A stretch of 64,000 bases of DNA. Origin: Acidimicrobiales bacterium (GTDB lineage: Bacteria; Actinomycetota; Acidimicrobiia; Acidimicrobiales; JACDCH01). Both the position numbers and the translations under genes were made by a program. Shown piece after piece: positions 35,640 to 45,535 of the stretch. The DNA lies in NCBI GenBank assembly GCA_036257895.1, contig DATAES010000151.1, positions 6,373 through 70,372 of the forward strand, given 5' to 3'. Each line of letters starts with the position of its first letter. Position 1 is the stretch's first letter. The notes beneath the pieces are model-generated. The model searched no databases. It was not told the origin of the DNA and saw nothing but the letters and a program-made list of their open reading frames with translations.

Positions 35640-37295
35640 GTGATCGACCGGTGGATCGTCGATTCGCAACCGAGTACGAGGTATCCGATCTTCACTCGGG
35701 GCAACGTCGGCGAAGTCTTTCCCGACCCGGTAGCGCCGCTCAGCGGCGACACCATCAAGCGCTACGCGGAGCACGGATGGCGGGATGCGTTCGTGCGTTT
35801 CGGTGCGTTCGATGCCGACGAGTTCGATCCCGACAACACCGAGATCATCGGAATCTTCGGCGGCTACTGCTATCTCAACGTGTCGATCAGCCGGATCCTC
35901 GGCGTACGGACGCCTGGTCTCACGGCCGAGTCGATCGACAACCAACTCTGGGGCGAGATGCCGGGCGTGCCGCCATATGCGCCGCAGCCGACGGATGAGA
36001 GCCCGAGCCACACCGAGCGGATCCAGCAGACGCTCGGCTGGGCGCTCACCACCGAGTCGTTGCCGGAGCTCGCCGAGGACGAACGTCTCCTCGACCGGCT
36101 CCGTGACGAACGGCCCGATCTCACGCAGCTGAGCGATGCCGCGCTCGTTGACCGCATGCGCGACCTGACGGACGAACACTTCCGCCGGCTCTTCGGCCAC
36201 CATCTGTTCATCTCGTACTGCGCCACGGTTCCGGTGGGCCTCATCCAACAGGTGTGCGCGGCTGTCGGGCGTCCCGATGACATGCTTCGCCTCATGGCCG
36301 GCGTCGGCGACGTCGAGTCCGCGGCGCCGAGCTATGCGATGTGGGACCTGTCGCGGCTGCCCGCCGACAGCGACGAGTTCAAGGTCCGGTTCGGTGAGTT
36401 CCTGCACGAGTACGGCGCCCGCGGACCGAACGAGTGGGAGATGCGATCACCGACGTGGGAGATCGAGCCCGAGCTCGCGCTCGTTGCCATCGAACAGATG
36501 CGCCGGACGCCGGACGATGGTGCGCCGCTCGAGCACCAGGCAGCGCGCGCGCAGGAAAGGGAACGAGTCGGTGCCGACATCGCCGCGATGCTCGAAGGTG
36601 ACGCCGAGACCCACGGGCAGTTCCTTGCGGCGTTGCGGGCTGCACCGCTCTTCCTTGCCGGCCGCGAGCGCTCGAAGACGAACGCGATCCGCCTCACGCA
36701 CGAGCTGCGTCTCGCCATGCACGAGCTCGGCCGGCGCTACGTCGAGCGCGGCGTGTTCGACCAGCCGAACAACTTCGGCATGGTGCGCTGGGATGAGCTC
36801 GACCAACTGGCCGCCGACCCGGGCTCGCTGACCGAAACGATCCGCGAGCGCGAAGCCATCTACGCGGAGCTGGTCACGCTCGAGCCGACATTCGTGTTCG
36901 AAGGTGAGCCGCCGTCGCCGTCGTCGTGGCCGCGTCGTGACGCGCGACCCGCCGCGGTTGCAGGCGACGGGGACGTGCTCCAGGGCATCCCGGGCTGTCC
37001 CGGCAAGGCGCGCGGCCGAGCGCGCGTCGTGCTCGACTCGCATGATCCGACGACGCTCGAGCCGGGCGACGTGCTGGTCGCGCCGATCACGGATCCGTCA
37101 TGGACGCCGCTGTTCGTGCCGGCGGCCGCCGTGGTCGTCGACGTCGGTGCGCCCCTGAGTCACGCCATCATCGTCAGCCGCGAGCTCGGCATCCCTTGTG
37201 TCGTGTCGGTGACGGATGCGACCCGGAAGATCCCGAACGGTGCTTCGGTGGAAGTGGACGGCGACACCGGAACGGTGACAGTGCTCGAAGTGTGA
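35640..37295 (+). CDS. PEP-utilising-enzyme mobile (swivel phosphohistidine) domain protein; no ATP-grasp domain
   Basis: GTG 35640 lies 7 nt after AGGGGA. C-terminal GIPGCPGKARGRARVV..GDVLVAPITDPSWTPLF..GAPLSHAIIVSRELGIPCV. Confidence 0.75.
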   Translation: MIDRWIVDSQPSTRYPIFTRGNVGEVFPDPVAPLSGDTIKRYAEHGWRDAFVRFGAFDADEFDPDNTEIIGIFGGYCYLNVSISRILGVRTPGLTAESIDNQLWGEMPGVPPYAPQPTDESPSHTERIQQTLGWALTTESLPELAEDERLLDRLRDERPDLTQLSDAALVDRMRDLTDEHFRRLFGHHLFISYCATVPVGLIQQVCAAVGRPDDMLRLMAGVGDVESAAPSYAMWDLSRLPADSDEFKVRFGEFLHEYGARGPNEWEMRSPTWEIEPELALVAIEQMRRTPDDGAPLEHQAARAQERERVGADIAAMLEGDAETHGQFLAALRAAPLFLAGRERSKTNAIRLTHELRLAMHELGRRYVERGVFDQPNNFGMVRWDELDQLAADPGSLTETIREREAIYAELVTLEPTFVFEGEPPSPSSWPRRDARPAAVAGDGDVLQGIPGCPGKARGRARVVLDSHDPTTLEPGDVLVAPITDPSWTPLFVPAAAVVVDVGAPLSHAIIVSRELGIPCVVSVTDATRKIPNGASVEVDGDTGTVTVLEV

Positions 37296-37322
37296 CCTCG
37301 CTGGTCGCGCGAGGCTGAGGTC

Positions 37323-38486
37323 ATGCTCGAAGGGATTCGTGTCGTCGAGCTCGGCGTGTGGGTTGCCGGGCCGGCAGCCGCGGGGATCATGGCCGACTGG
37401 GGCGCCGACGTCATCAAGGTCGAGGCACCGTCGGGCGACCCGATGCGACGCATGCTCGCGGTGACCGCCGGCGGCCGTGGCGATCTGCCGAGCCCGCCGT
37501 TCGATCTCGACAACCGCGGCAAACGATCGGTCGTCTTCGACCTCGAGACCGACGAGGGCCGCGATGCAATGGACACGCTGCTCGAAACCGCCGACGTGTT
37601 CATGACCAACCTTCGCCCCGAGGCCGTCGATCGTCTCGGCCTCGGACCGGAAGCGGTGCGGGCCGCGCATCCGAGGCTCGTCTACGCCACGGTGACCGGA
37701 TACGGCCGCGAGGGCCCGGAGACATGGCGGGCGGGCTACGACGTGGGCGCGTTCTGGGCCCGGTCGGGTCTCGCTGCGCTGGCGGTACCGCCGGACGACC
37801 CGCAGCCGCAGTTCCGGGGCGGGGTCGGCGACCACGTCACGGCGATCACGACGCTTGCGGGCATCCTCGGCGCGCTGTGGCAACGCGAGCGCACCGGGGA
37901 GGGTCAGGTCGTCGAGACATCGCTCCTGCGCACCGGCATCTACTGCCTCGGATGGGACCTCGGCATCCAGTTGCGGCTCGGCAAGCTGGCGTCGACCCTG
38001 CCCCGCACCGAGCAGTCCAACCCGATGATCAACGTGTACCGGGCCGCCGACGAGAAGTGGTTCTGGTTGCTCGGCGTCGAGGCCGATCGCATGTGGCCCA
38101 AGCTGCTCCGTGCCGTCGACCGCGACCGCTGGGCGGATGACGATCGCTACCGCACCGCACGCGACCGGCGGTACAACGCCAAGGAGCTGATCGCCGAGCT
38201 CGACGAGCTGTTCGCCAGCCGCGCCCGGGCCGAGTGGACCGCGGTGCTCGACGAGCACGACGTGTGGTGGGCACCGGTGAACACCGCTGAGGACGTCGTC
38301 AACGATCCGCAGGCCATCGCCGCGGGCGCGTTCGTCGACGTTCCGGACGGGCTCGGCTCGGACGCCCATCGGGCAGTCGCGACGCCGGTCCGGTTCACCG
38401 ACGCCGGCGATGCCGGGCCTCGTGGTCCGGTGCCGGGGTTGGGCGAGCACACCGAAGAAGTGCGGCGCGAGCTCGGGCTGGCGTGA
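37323..38486 (+). CDS. Family III CoA-transferase (CaiB/BaiF)
   Basis: GIRVVELGVWVAGPAAAGIMADWGADVIKVE, and FDLDNRGKRS. Confidence 0.9.
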   Translation: MLEGIRVVELGVWVAGPAAAGIMADWGADVIKVEAPSGDPMRRMLAVTAGGRGDLPSPPFDLDNRGKRSVVFDLETDEGRDAMDTLLETADVFMTNLRPEAVDRLGLGPEAVRAAHPRLVYATVTGYGREGPETWRAGYDVGAFWARSGLAALAVPPDDPQPQFRGGVGDHVTAITTLAGILGALWQRERTGEGQVVETSLLRTGIYCLGWDLGIQLRLGKLASTLPRTEQSNPMINVYRAADEKWFWLLGVEADRMWPKLLRAVDRDRWADDDRYRTARDRRYNAKELIAELDELFASRARAEWTAVLDEHDVWWAPVNTAEDVVNDPQAIAAGAFVDVPDGLGSDAHRAVATPVRFTDAGDAGPRGPVPGLGEHTEEVRRELGLA

Positions 38487-39637
38487 GCGAGCGCGCCGAG
38501 ACGCCGATCGAGCTCGCGGCCCGCATCGGCGCCAAGGTCGCGCCGCGCAGCGCCGAGATCGAGCAGAACCGCACGCTGCCTGGTGACATCGTCGAGGACC
38601 TGGCGGCGGCTGGCCTGTTCAAACTGTTCGTCCCGGCGCGCTACGGCGGCGGTGAAGTGAGCGCAGCGGACGGCCTGGCCGTGATGGAGGAGATCGCCGC
38701 TCACGACGGGTCGACCGGGTGGTGCGTGATGATCGCGATGACGACCGGTCTGATCGGGGGATTCCTCCCCGCTGACCACGCACGAGCCGTCTACGGATCA
38801 CCGGATGCGATCACCGGCGGGTTCGCAGCGCCCATGGGACGCGGCAAGCGAGTCGACGGTGGCATCTCGGTCAGAGGTCGGTGGCAGTGGGGATCGGGCA
38901 TTGCGCACTGCACGGCCATCGGCGGCGGCTGCGTCGTGCACGGAGGCGGTCCCGACGGCGACGAACGACCCACGGCCAAGTTCGTGCTGTTCGACCTCGG
39001 CGATGTCGAGATCCTCGACACCTGGTACGTCGCGGGCCTCAAGGGAACCGGAAGCACCGACTATCAGGTGCACGACGCGTTCGTCCCCGAAGACCGGTGG
39101 TTCGCGCTCGCGGGCGCCGTGCCCCGTGAGGACGGCCCGCTCTACCGGTTCTCGTTCTTCGGTCTGCTAGCGCTGGGTGTCTCGGCGATCGCACTCGGAC
39201 TGGCGCGGCGTTCGATCGACGAGCTGATCGTGCTCGCGGCGACGAAACGACCGCAAGGGAGCTCGCGTCCACTGGCCGAACGAACCCCGGTGCAGGCCGA
39301 CGTCGCGATCGCAGAAGCCTCGCTGCGGTCGGCGCGCGCCTTCGTCGCGGATGCGGTGGGCGATGCATGGACGACCGTGCTCGCGGGCGACACGGTTTCG
39401 GACGAGCAGCGGCGCGTCATCCGCCTCGCCGCCACCCACGCGATGTCCATCGGCGCGCAAGTGGTCGACCGGATGTACACCGCGGCCGGTGGCGTCGCGG
39501 TCTACGAGGACAGCGCCTTGCAACGAGTGCTGCGCGACGTCCATGTCGCGACCCAACACGCCATCACCTCGTCCCGCACGTACGAACTGGCCGGTCGCCT
39601 GCGACTGGGTCTCGAGACTGATACTGCGCAGCTGTGA
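38483..39637 (+). CDS. Acyl-CoA-dehydrogenase-fold flavoprotein (group-D monooxygenase-like)
   Basis: 384 aa. GTGA overlap with the CoA-transferase stop. WCVMIAMTTG.., W.WGSGI, GLKGTGSTDY. Confidence 0.75.
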   Translation: MSERAETPIELAARIGAKVAPRSAEIEQNRTLPGDIVEDLAAAGLFKLFVPARYGGGEVSAADGLAVMEEIAAHDGSTGWCVMIAMTTGLIGGFLPADHARAVYGSPDAITGGFAAPMGRGKRVDGGISVRGRWQWGSGIAHCTAIGGGCVVHGGGPDGDERPTAKFVLFDLGDVEILDTWYVAGLKGTGSTDYQVHDAFVPEDRWFALAGAVPREDGPLYRFSFFGLLALGVSAIALGLARRSIDELIVLAATKRPQGSSRPLAERTPVQADVAIAEASLRSARAFVADAVGDAWTTVLAGDTVSDEQRRVIRLAATHAMSIGAQVVDRMYTAAGGVAVYEDSALQRVLRDVHVATQHAITSSRTYELAGRLRLGLETDTAQL

Positions 39638-39680
39638 GTGGGCTCCGCGTCGTCGGCGAACGGCTTCTCGGACTGCCGCG

Positions 39681-40454
39681 ATGATCCGCACCGCGCGCGA
39701 TGGCGACGTACTCGTCGTGACGATCGACGTTCCGGGCGACGATCTCAACCGGGTCGGCGAGGAGCTGCACGGCGCGCTCGCAGAATTGTTCCCGATGCTG
39801 CAGCGTGAGCGCGAGGCGCGGGCCATCGTGTTGACCGCTCACGGTCGTGCGTTCTCCGCGGGCGGCGATTTCGAGTGGTTCCCGCAACTGCAGGAGCCCG
39901 GCAGGCTCGAGGCGCTACGACGGGATGGCAAGCAGATCATCTGGGACCTGCTCGACGTGCATCTGCCGATCGTGTGTGCCCTCAACGGTCACGCCATCGG
40001 TCTGGGCGCGTCGATCGCGCTGTTGTGCGATGCGGTGTTCATGGCAGAGTCCGCGACGATCGCAGATCCGCACGTACGCGTCGGGATCGTCGCCGGCGAC
40101 GGCGGCACCGTGGCGTGGCCACTGGCCATCGGACCGATGCTGGCGAAGCGCTATCTGTTGACCGGCGACCCGGTGAGCGCGGTCGACGCGGCTCGGCTGG
40201 GACTCGTGACGGAGGTCGCGCCCGACGACGAGGTGGTCGAGCGGGCGATGACGTTCGCGCGCAAGCTGGCGGCGGGTGCGCCCTTGGCGGTCCAGTACAC
40301 GAAGCAAGCGGTGAACCAATTCGTGAAGCAGGTTGCGGGCACGTCGTTCGACCTCGCGACCGCGCTCGAGATCACGACGTTCCGGTCCGCCGATCACGCC
40401 GAAGCGCTCGCCGCCATCCGGGAGAAGCGTCCGCCCAACTTCAAGGGAGTCTGA
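39681..40454 (+). CDS. Enoyl-CoA hydratase/isomerase (crotonase)
   Basis: ATG 39681 (MIRTARDGDVLVVT). LTAHGRAFSAGGDF, ALNGHAIGLGASIALLCD, and C-terminal REKRPPNFKGV. Confidence 0.9.
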   Translation: MIRTARDGDVLVVTIDVPGDDLNRVGEELHGALAELFPMLQREREARAIVLTAHGRAFSAGGDFEWFPQLQEPGRLEALRRDGKQIIWDLLDVHLPIVCALNGHAIGLGASIALLCDAVFMAESATIADPHVRVGIVAGDGGTVAWPLAIGPMLAKRYLLTGDPVSAVDAARLGLVTEVAPDDEVVERAMTFARKLAAGAPLAVQYTKQAVNQFVKQVAGTSFDLATALEITTFRSADHAEALAAIREKRPPNFKGV

Positions 40455-40458
40455 ACTG

Positions 40459-41106
40459 GTGGAGCTCTACGACGGGCTGATGACGACGCGGTCGATGAGG
40501 CGGTTCACCGACGAACCGGTGACCGACGAGGAGATCGAACGGATCCTGGCTGCGGCCGTGCAGGCGCCGAGTGGCGGCAACATCCAGCCGTACCAGTTCG
40601 TCGTGGTGACGGACGCAGACCGGCGGCGGGCGATCGGCGAGCTGTACAGGCGCGCGTACGACCGCTACGAGCCCGCTGTGCTGAAGCTGTTCCCGCCGTT
40701 CACAGACGAGAACGCGCGACGGCGGCACGAACGCAACTGGGCGGCGTCGCGCCATCTCGCGGACACGATCGGATCGGCCCCCGCGATGGTGCTCGTCCTC
40801 ATGCCCCGCATCTCGATGACGGTGTCCGATGACGAAGGCGAGATGGATGTCGGCCCGACGTACGCATCGGTGTACCCGGCGGTGCAGAACGCCGTGCTGG
40901 CCGCCCGGTCGATGGGCATCGGCACCGTGCTCACGACCGTGTACCGGATCCACGAAGAAGAAGTGCGCAGCGTGTGCGGTATCCCGGACCGATACGAGGT
41001 CGCCGCCCTGTTGCCCCTCGGCCGCCCCACCGGGACGTGGGGCATCGCACCCCGCCGACCCGCTCCGTCGATCACCAGCTGGAACCAGTTCGGCACCCGC
41101 CGCTGA
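40459..41106 (+). CDS. Nitroreductase family protein
   Basis: GTG 40459 lies 9 nt after AAGGGAG. RSMRRFTDEPVTDEEIERILAAAVQAPSGGNIQPY. Confidence 0.85.
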   Translation: MELYDGLMTTRSMRRFTDEPVTDEEIERILAAAVQAPSGGNIQPYQFVVVTDADRRRAIGELYRRAYDRYEPAVLKLFPPFTDENARRRHERNWAASRHLADTIGSAPAMVLVLMPRISMTVSDDEGEMDVGPTYASVYPAVQNAVLAARSMGIGTVLTTVYRIHEEEVRSVCGIPDRYEVAALLPLGRPTGTWGIAPRRPAPSITSWNQFGTRR

Positions 41107-41123
41107 CGCGCTCGGCCCCCGAC

Positions 41124-41174
41124 GAATGTTGGTGCGCCGTGGCCCCTATAGGGGCCACGGCGACCCGAAGTTCG
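41124..41174 (+). repeat. REP-like palindromic element, family A copy 3 (consensus copy)
   Basis: gaatgttggtgcgccgtggcccctataggggccacggcgacccgaagttcg. Contains the last codons and the stop of the convergent hydratase gene. Confidence 0.9.
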
Positions 41175-41973
41175 GAGGGTGTTTGGCCATCCAGGCGCGG
41201 ACTCCCTCCGCGTAGTCCGGCTGTCTCACCATCTCGTCGAGAAGGCGCTCGGCTTCTGTGGTGGAGGCCCCGACGTCGCGGTCCAGATCGGCGTACAGCT
41301 GACGCTTCGCCGCGGCGTTGGCGGCGGGGCTGATCTCCGCCGCGATCGTCCTGCCATAGTCGACCGTGAACGTCAGCAGCTCGTCGGGCGGCAGGACGCG
41401 ATTCACGAGCCCGATCCGTGCCGCCTCCTCCGCGAACACGACGCGCGACGACAACAACAGGTCGGCGGCATGGCCGACCCCCACGAGTCGCGGCAGCACC
41501 CACGACAAGCCGTGTTCGGCGGGGAGCCCCAATCGTCCCGACGAGGTCGTGAGCTTCGCGCCCGCGGCGGCGAAACGGATGTCGCAGAAGCAGGCAAGGA
41601 CGAGACCGACGCCGGCGGCCGCGCCGTTGATCGCGGCAATGATCGGCTTCGGGATGCCGTAGTGGAACGCGTACACGTGCTCGTACTCGGGACGGACGCC
41701 ATGGCCGGGTGTCGCAAGAGACGCAACGTCAACGCCCGCGTCGTATTCACCCGTGACCGAGATCTTCTCGAGCGCGTCGGTGTCGCCTCCGGCACAGAAC
41801 CCGCGGCCTGCTCCGGTCACGACGATCACACGCACTGCACGGTCGGCTTCGGCGCGCGCCATCGCATCGCGGTACTCGTGGTTCATCCGCCCTGTCCACG
41901 CGTTCAAGCGCTCGGGACGATTCAGGGTGACGGTGGCGACGCCGTCCGCAACGTCGTACAGGACGACGCTCAT
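41146..41973 (-). CDS. Enoyl-CoA hydratase/isomerase (crotonase)
   Basis: ATG 41973 (MSVVLYDVADGVATVTLNRPERLNAW). VTGAGRGFCAGGD and AINGAAAGVGLVLACFCDIRF. The final residues ..PNFGSPWPL and the TAG stop are encoded by repeat A3. Confidence 0.9.
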   Translation of the reverse strand: MSVVLYDVADGVATVTLNRPERLNAWTGRMNHEYRDAMARAEADRAVRVIVVTGAGRGFCAGGDTDALEKISVTGEYDAGVDVASLATPGHGVRPEYEHVYAFHYGIPKPIIAAINGAAAGVGLVLACFCDIRFAAAGAKLTTSSGRLGLPAEHGLSWVLPRLVGVGHAADLLLSSRVVFAEEAARIGLVNRVLPPDELLTFTVDYGRTIAAEISPAANAAAKRQLYADLDRDVGASTTEAERLLDEMVRQPDYAEGVRAWMAKHPPNFGSPWPL

Positions 41974-42710
41974 ACAGCGGCGATCGCCGTCGCCGCGAGA
42001 TCCGATCGGCAGATCAACAAGTCGGGTGACCACGGGTCGGACTGGTTGTAGACGAGCGATCGTCCGTCGATGCGCGACGCGTGCAATCCCGCTGCTCGCG
42101 CGACGGCGACCGGCGCGCAGTTGTCCCACTCGTACTGTCCGCCGGCGTGCGCGTAGACGTCGACCTCGCCGAGCACGACGGCCATCGCCTTCGCGCCGGC
42201 AGAGCCCATGGCGACCAGGTCGGCGCCGAGTGCCTCGGCGATGCGCAGCGCGACCGCGGGAGGACGGGTGCGGCTCACCACCACGCGCGGTGGCCCGTCA
42301 TGGCGAGCCGGTTCGGGCGGCGGGGGATCAGTCGCCAGCGTGATGCCCATGGCGGGCAACGCCACTGCGCCGGCCAGGGGCTCACCGCGACCGTCGACGA
42401 GCGCCACGTGGACGGCCCAGTCGGCGCGCCCCGGTTCGCCGAATTCGCGAGTGCCATCGAGCGGATCGACGATCCAGACCCGCTCCGCCCCGAGTCGGGA
42501 TCGGTCCTCGATGCCCTCCTCCGACAGGACCTTGTCTTCCGGGCGCAGCTCACCGAGCGCCTCGACGATGAACCGGTGGGCCGACCAGTCGCCTTCGTCC
42601 CGCAGCGACCACCAGTCGTGGGCCGTCCCTCCGGCCTTGGCTCGCAACTCGAGGAGCAGCGCACCGGCCCGTGTGGCCACGTCCGCCGCAACCTCGTGGT
42701 CCGAAAGCAT
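41970..42710 (-). CDS. cysQ: 3'(2'),5'-bisphosphate nucleotidase / inositol monophosphatase family
   Basis: IMPase motifs VWIVDPLDGTREF and YEWDNCAP. Divergent from cysDNC. Confidence 0.8.
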   Translation of the reverse strand: MLSDHEVAADVATRAGALLLELRAKAGGTAHDWWSLRDEGDWSAHRFIVEALGELRPEDKVLSEEGIEDRSRLGAERVWIVDPLDGTREFGEPGRADWAVHVALVDGRGEPLAGAVALPAMGITLATDPPPPEPARHDGPPRVVVSRTRPPAVALRIAEALGADLVAMGSAGAKAMAVVLGEVDVYAHAGGQYEWDNCAPVAVARAAGLHASRIDGRSLVYNQSDPWSPDLLICRSDLAATAIAAV

Positions 42711-42780
42711 GGCGGCCGACGCTAGTGGGACGGCCCGTAGTTGCAGGAATACGGAGCGCTCTGGTCAACTTTTCATTCCC

Positions 42781-43686
42781 ATGCCATACGAGCTGTCTCA
42801 CCTGCGCGCTCTCGAAGCGGAATCGATCCACATCTTCCGTGAGGTTGCGGCGGAATTCGAGCGGCCGGTTCTGCTCTTTTCGGGCGGCAAGGACTCGATC
42901 GTGATGCTGCGGCTGGCGGAGAAGGCGTTCTGGCCGGCTCGGCTCCCGTTCCCCGTGATGCACATCGACACCGGTCACAACTTCGACGAGGTCCTGGCCT
43001 TCCGGGACGCGCGAGTGGCCGAGCTCGGGGCCCGCCTCGTGGTCGCTTCCGTGCAGAATTCCATCGACAGCGGGCGCGTCGTCGAGGAGACCGGGCCTCG
43101 TGCGAGCCGCAACCGCTTGCAGACCGTGACCTTGCTCGACGCCATCGAGGAGCACCGCTTCGATGCCGTCTTCGGCGGTGCGCGACGCGACGAGGAGAAG
43201 GCGCGTGCCAAAGAGCGCGTCTTCAGCTTCCGTGACGAGTTCGGCCAATGGGATCCGAAGAACCAGCGGCCCGAGCTCTGGAGCATCTACAACGGCCGCC
43301 ACCGGAAGGGCGAGCACATCCGGGTGTTCCCCCTCAGCAACTGGACCGAGCTCGACATCTGGCAATACATCGCCGACGAAGGCATCGCCGTGCCGGAGAT
43401 CTACTACGCCCATCATCGCGAGGTCTTCCGACGCGACGGGATGTTGCTCGCCGTCACGGACTACGTCACGTTGATGGACGGCGAGGAACCGTTCCAGGCG
43501 CTCGTGCGATTCCGAACCGTGGGCGACGCCTCGTGCACCGGTGCCGTCGAGTCCAGCGCGACCACGGTGGACGAGGTGATCGCAGAGGTGTCCGCCACCC
43601 GCATCACCGAACGCGGCGCGACGCGGGCGGACGACCGCATCAGCGAAGCCGGCATGGAAGACCGAAAGCGCGAAGGCTATTTCTGA
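42781..43686 (+). CDS. cysD: Sulfate adenylyltransferase subunit 2
   Basis: MPYELSHLRALEAESIHIFREV.., PP-loop FSGGKDS, ..RISEAGMEDRKREGYF. Confidence 0.95.
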   Translation: MPYELSHLRALEAESIHIFREVAAEFERPVLLFSGGKDSIVMLRLAEKAFWPARLPFPVMHIDTGHNFDEVLAFRDARVAELGARLVVASVQNSIDSGRVVEETGPRASRNRLQTVTLLDAIEEHRFDAVFGGARRDEEKARAKERVFSFRDEFGQWDPKNQRPELWSIYNGRHRKGEHIRVFPLSNWTELDIWQYIADEGIAVPEIYYAHHREVFRRDGMLLAVTDYVTLMDGEEPFQALVRFRTVGDASCTGAVESSATTVDEVIAEVSATRITERGATRADDRISEAGMEDRKREGYF

Positions 43687-44948
43687 TGGAACTGCTGCGA
43701 TTTGCGACGGCGGGATCGGTGGACGACGGCAAGTCGACGTTGATCGGACGGCTGCTTTACGACTCGAAGGCGATCTTCGAAGATCAACTCGAAGCCGTCG
43801 AGCGCACGTCACGCGCTCGTGGTGACGAGTACACCGACCTCGCCCTGCTCACCGACGGCCTTCGGGCCGAGCGCGAACAGGGCATCACGATCGATGTCGC
43901 GTACCGCTACTTCGCCACGCCGAAGCGAAAGTTCATCATCGCCGACACTCCCGGCCACGTGCAGTACACGCGGAACATGGTCACAGGGGCGTCGACCGCC
44001 GACCTCGCGTTGATCCTGATCGATGCCCGCAAGGGAGTTCTCGAACAGAGCCGGCGGCACGCGTTCTTGTCGAGCCTGCTCGGCATCCCGCACCTGGTGC
44101 TCTGCGTCAACAAGATGGATCTCGTCGACTACGACGAAGACGTGTTCGAAGAGATCAAGGCCGAATTCCGCGACTTCGCGATGAAGCTCGACGTGCACGA
44201 TCTCACGTTCGTGCCGATCTCCGCACTGCACGGCGACAACGTCGTCAACCGCTCACCGAACATGCCCTGGTTCGAGGGTTCGTCGTTGCTGCACCATCTC
44301 GAAGAAGTGCACATCGCGTCTGACCGCAACCTCATCGACGCGCGCTTCCCTGTGCAGTACGTCATCCGTCCGCAGGACCAGACAGGTCCGTACCACGACT
44401 ACCGCGGCTACGCGGGAACCATGGCGGGCGGGGTGCTGAAGCCAGGGGACGAGGTCGTCGTGTTGCCGTCCGGTTTCGAGTCGACGATCCGTTCGATCGT
44501 CACCCACGACGGTCCCGAGGAGGAAGCGTTCTCGCCCATGGCGGTGACGATCACCCTGTCCGACGACATCGACGTGTCGCGCGGCGACATGATCTGCCGT
44601 CGCCACAACCGCCCGCACACCGGGCAGGACATCGACGCGACCGTGTGCTGGATGACCGAGCAGTCTTCGCTCCGCGCCGGCACGCGCGTCGTCCTCAAGC
44701 ACACCACGCGCTCGGTCAAGGCCATGGTGCGCGAGTTGCAGTACCGGCTCGACGTGAACACGTTGCATCGCGACGAGCACGCGACCGAACTCGACTTGAA
44801 CGAGATCGGTCGCATCACGTTGCGTACGCAGTCGCCGCTGTTCTTCGACGAGTACCGCCGCAACCGTGACACGGGCAGCTTCGTGCTCATCGACGAGGCG
44901 ACCAACAACACGGTCGCCGCCGGGATGATTCTCTCGCCCGCACAGTGA
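43686..44948 (+). CDS. cysN: Sulfate adenylyltransferase subunit 1 (GTPase), not fused to APS kinase
   Basis: G1 [10 protein letters not shown]3 DTPGH, G4 NKMD. The start ATG overlaps the cysD stop (TGATG). Confidence 0.95.
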   Translation: MELLRFATAGSVDDGKSTLIGRLLYDSKAIFEDQLEAVERTSRARGDEYTDLALLTDGLRAEREQGITIDVAYRYFATPKRKFIIADTPGHVQYTRNMVTGASTADLALILIDARKGVLEQSRRHAFLSSLLGIPHLVLCVNKMDLVDYDEDVFEEIKAEFRDFAMKLDVHDLTFVPISALHGDNVVNRSPNMPWFEGSSLLHHLEEVHIASDRNLIDARFPVQYVIRPQDQTGPYHDYRGYAGTMAGGVLKPGDEVVVLPSGFESTIRSIVTHDGPEEEAFSPMAVTITLSDDIDVSRGDMICRRHNRPHTGQDIDATVCWMTEQSSLRAGTRVVLKHTTRSVKAMVRELQYRLDVNTLHRDEHATELDLNEIGRITLRTQSPLFFDEYRRNRDTGSFVLIDEATNNTVAAGMILSPAQ

Positions 44949-45535
44949 GCGACAACATCGTCTGGCACCAGAGTGCGGTGTCCCGCGAGCAACGACTGTC
45001 GCGCGGCGCAACGGTGTGGTTCACCGGTCTGTCGGGATCGGGCAAGTCGACGGTCGCGCACGAGTGCGAGGTACGGCTCCTGGAACTCGGTCGTCCTGCA
45101 TACGTGCTCGATGGCGACAATCTTCGTCACGGGCTCAACGGCGATCTCGGGTTCAGCGCCGAGGACCGGACCGAGAACATCCGTCGCGTGGGCGAGGTCG
45201 CGCGTCTGTTCGCCGACGCGGGCGTGATCGCGTTGGTACCGGTGATCAGCCCTTATCGCGCCGACCGGGCCAGAGCGCGCGCCGCCCACGAGGCGGCCGC
45301 CCTGCAGTTCGTCGAAGTGTTCGTCGATACGCCGATCGACGTGTGCGAGGCACGGGATCCGAAAGGGCTCTATGCGAAGGCGAGGCGGGGCGAGATCGTC
45401 GGGTTCACCGGCGTCGACGACCCGTACGAGGCTCCCCAGGAACCCGAGTTGCGACTGACGCCGGCCGACGGGTCGGCCGCCGATCAGGCAGAACGAGTGC
45501 TCGCCGCGCTCGCGGCGGCGCCGTCAGGCGGCTGA
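44945..45535 (+). CDS. cysC: Adenylyl-sulfate (APS) kinase
   Basis: P-loop GLSGSGKST and [15 protein letters not shown] overlap with cysN. Confidence 0.95.
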   Translation: MSDNIVWHQSAVSREQRLSRGATVWFTGLSGSGKSTVAHECEVRLLELGRPAYVLDGDNLRHGLNGDLGFSAEDRTENIRRVGEVARLFADAGVIALVPVISPYRADRARARAAHEAAALQFVEVFVDTPIDVCEARDPKGLYAKARRGEIVGFTGVDDPYEAPQEPELRLTPADGSAADQAERVLAALAAAPSGG

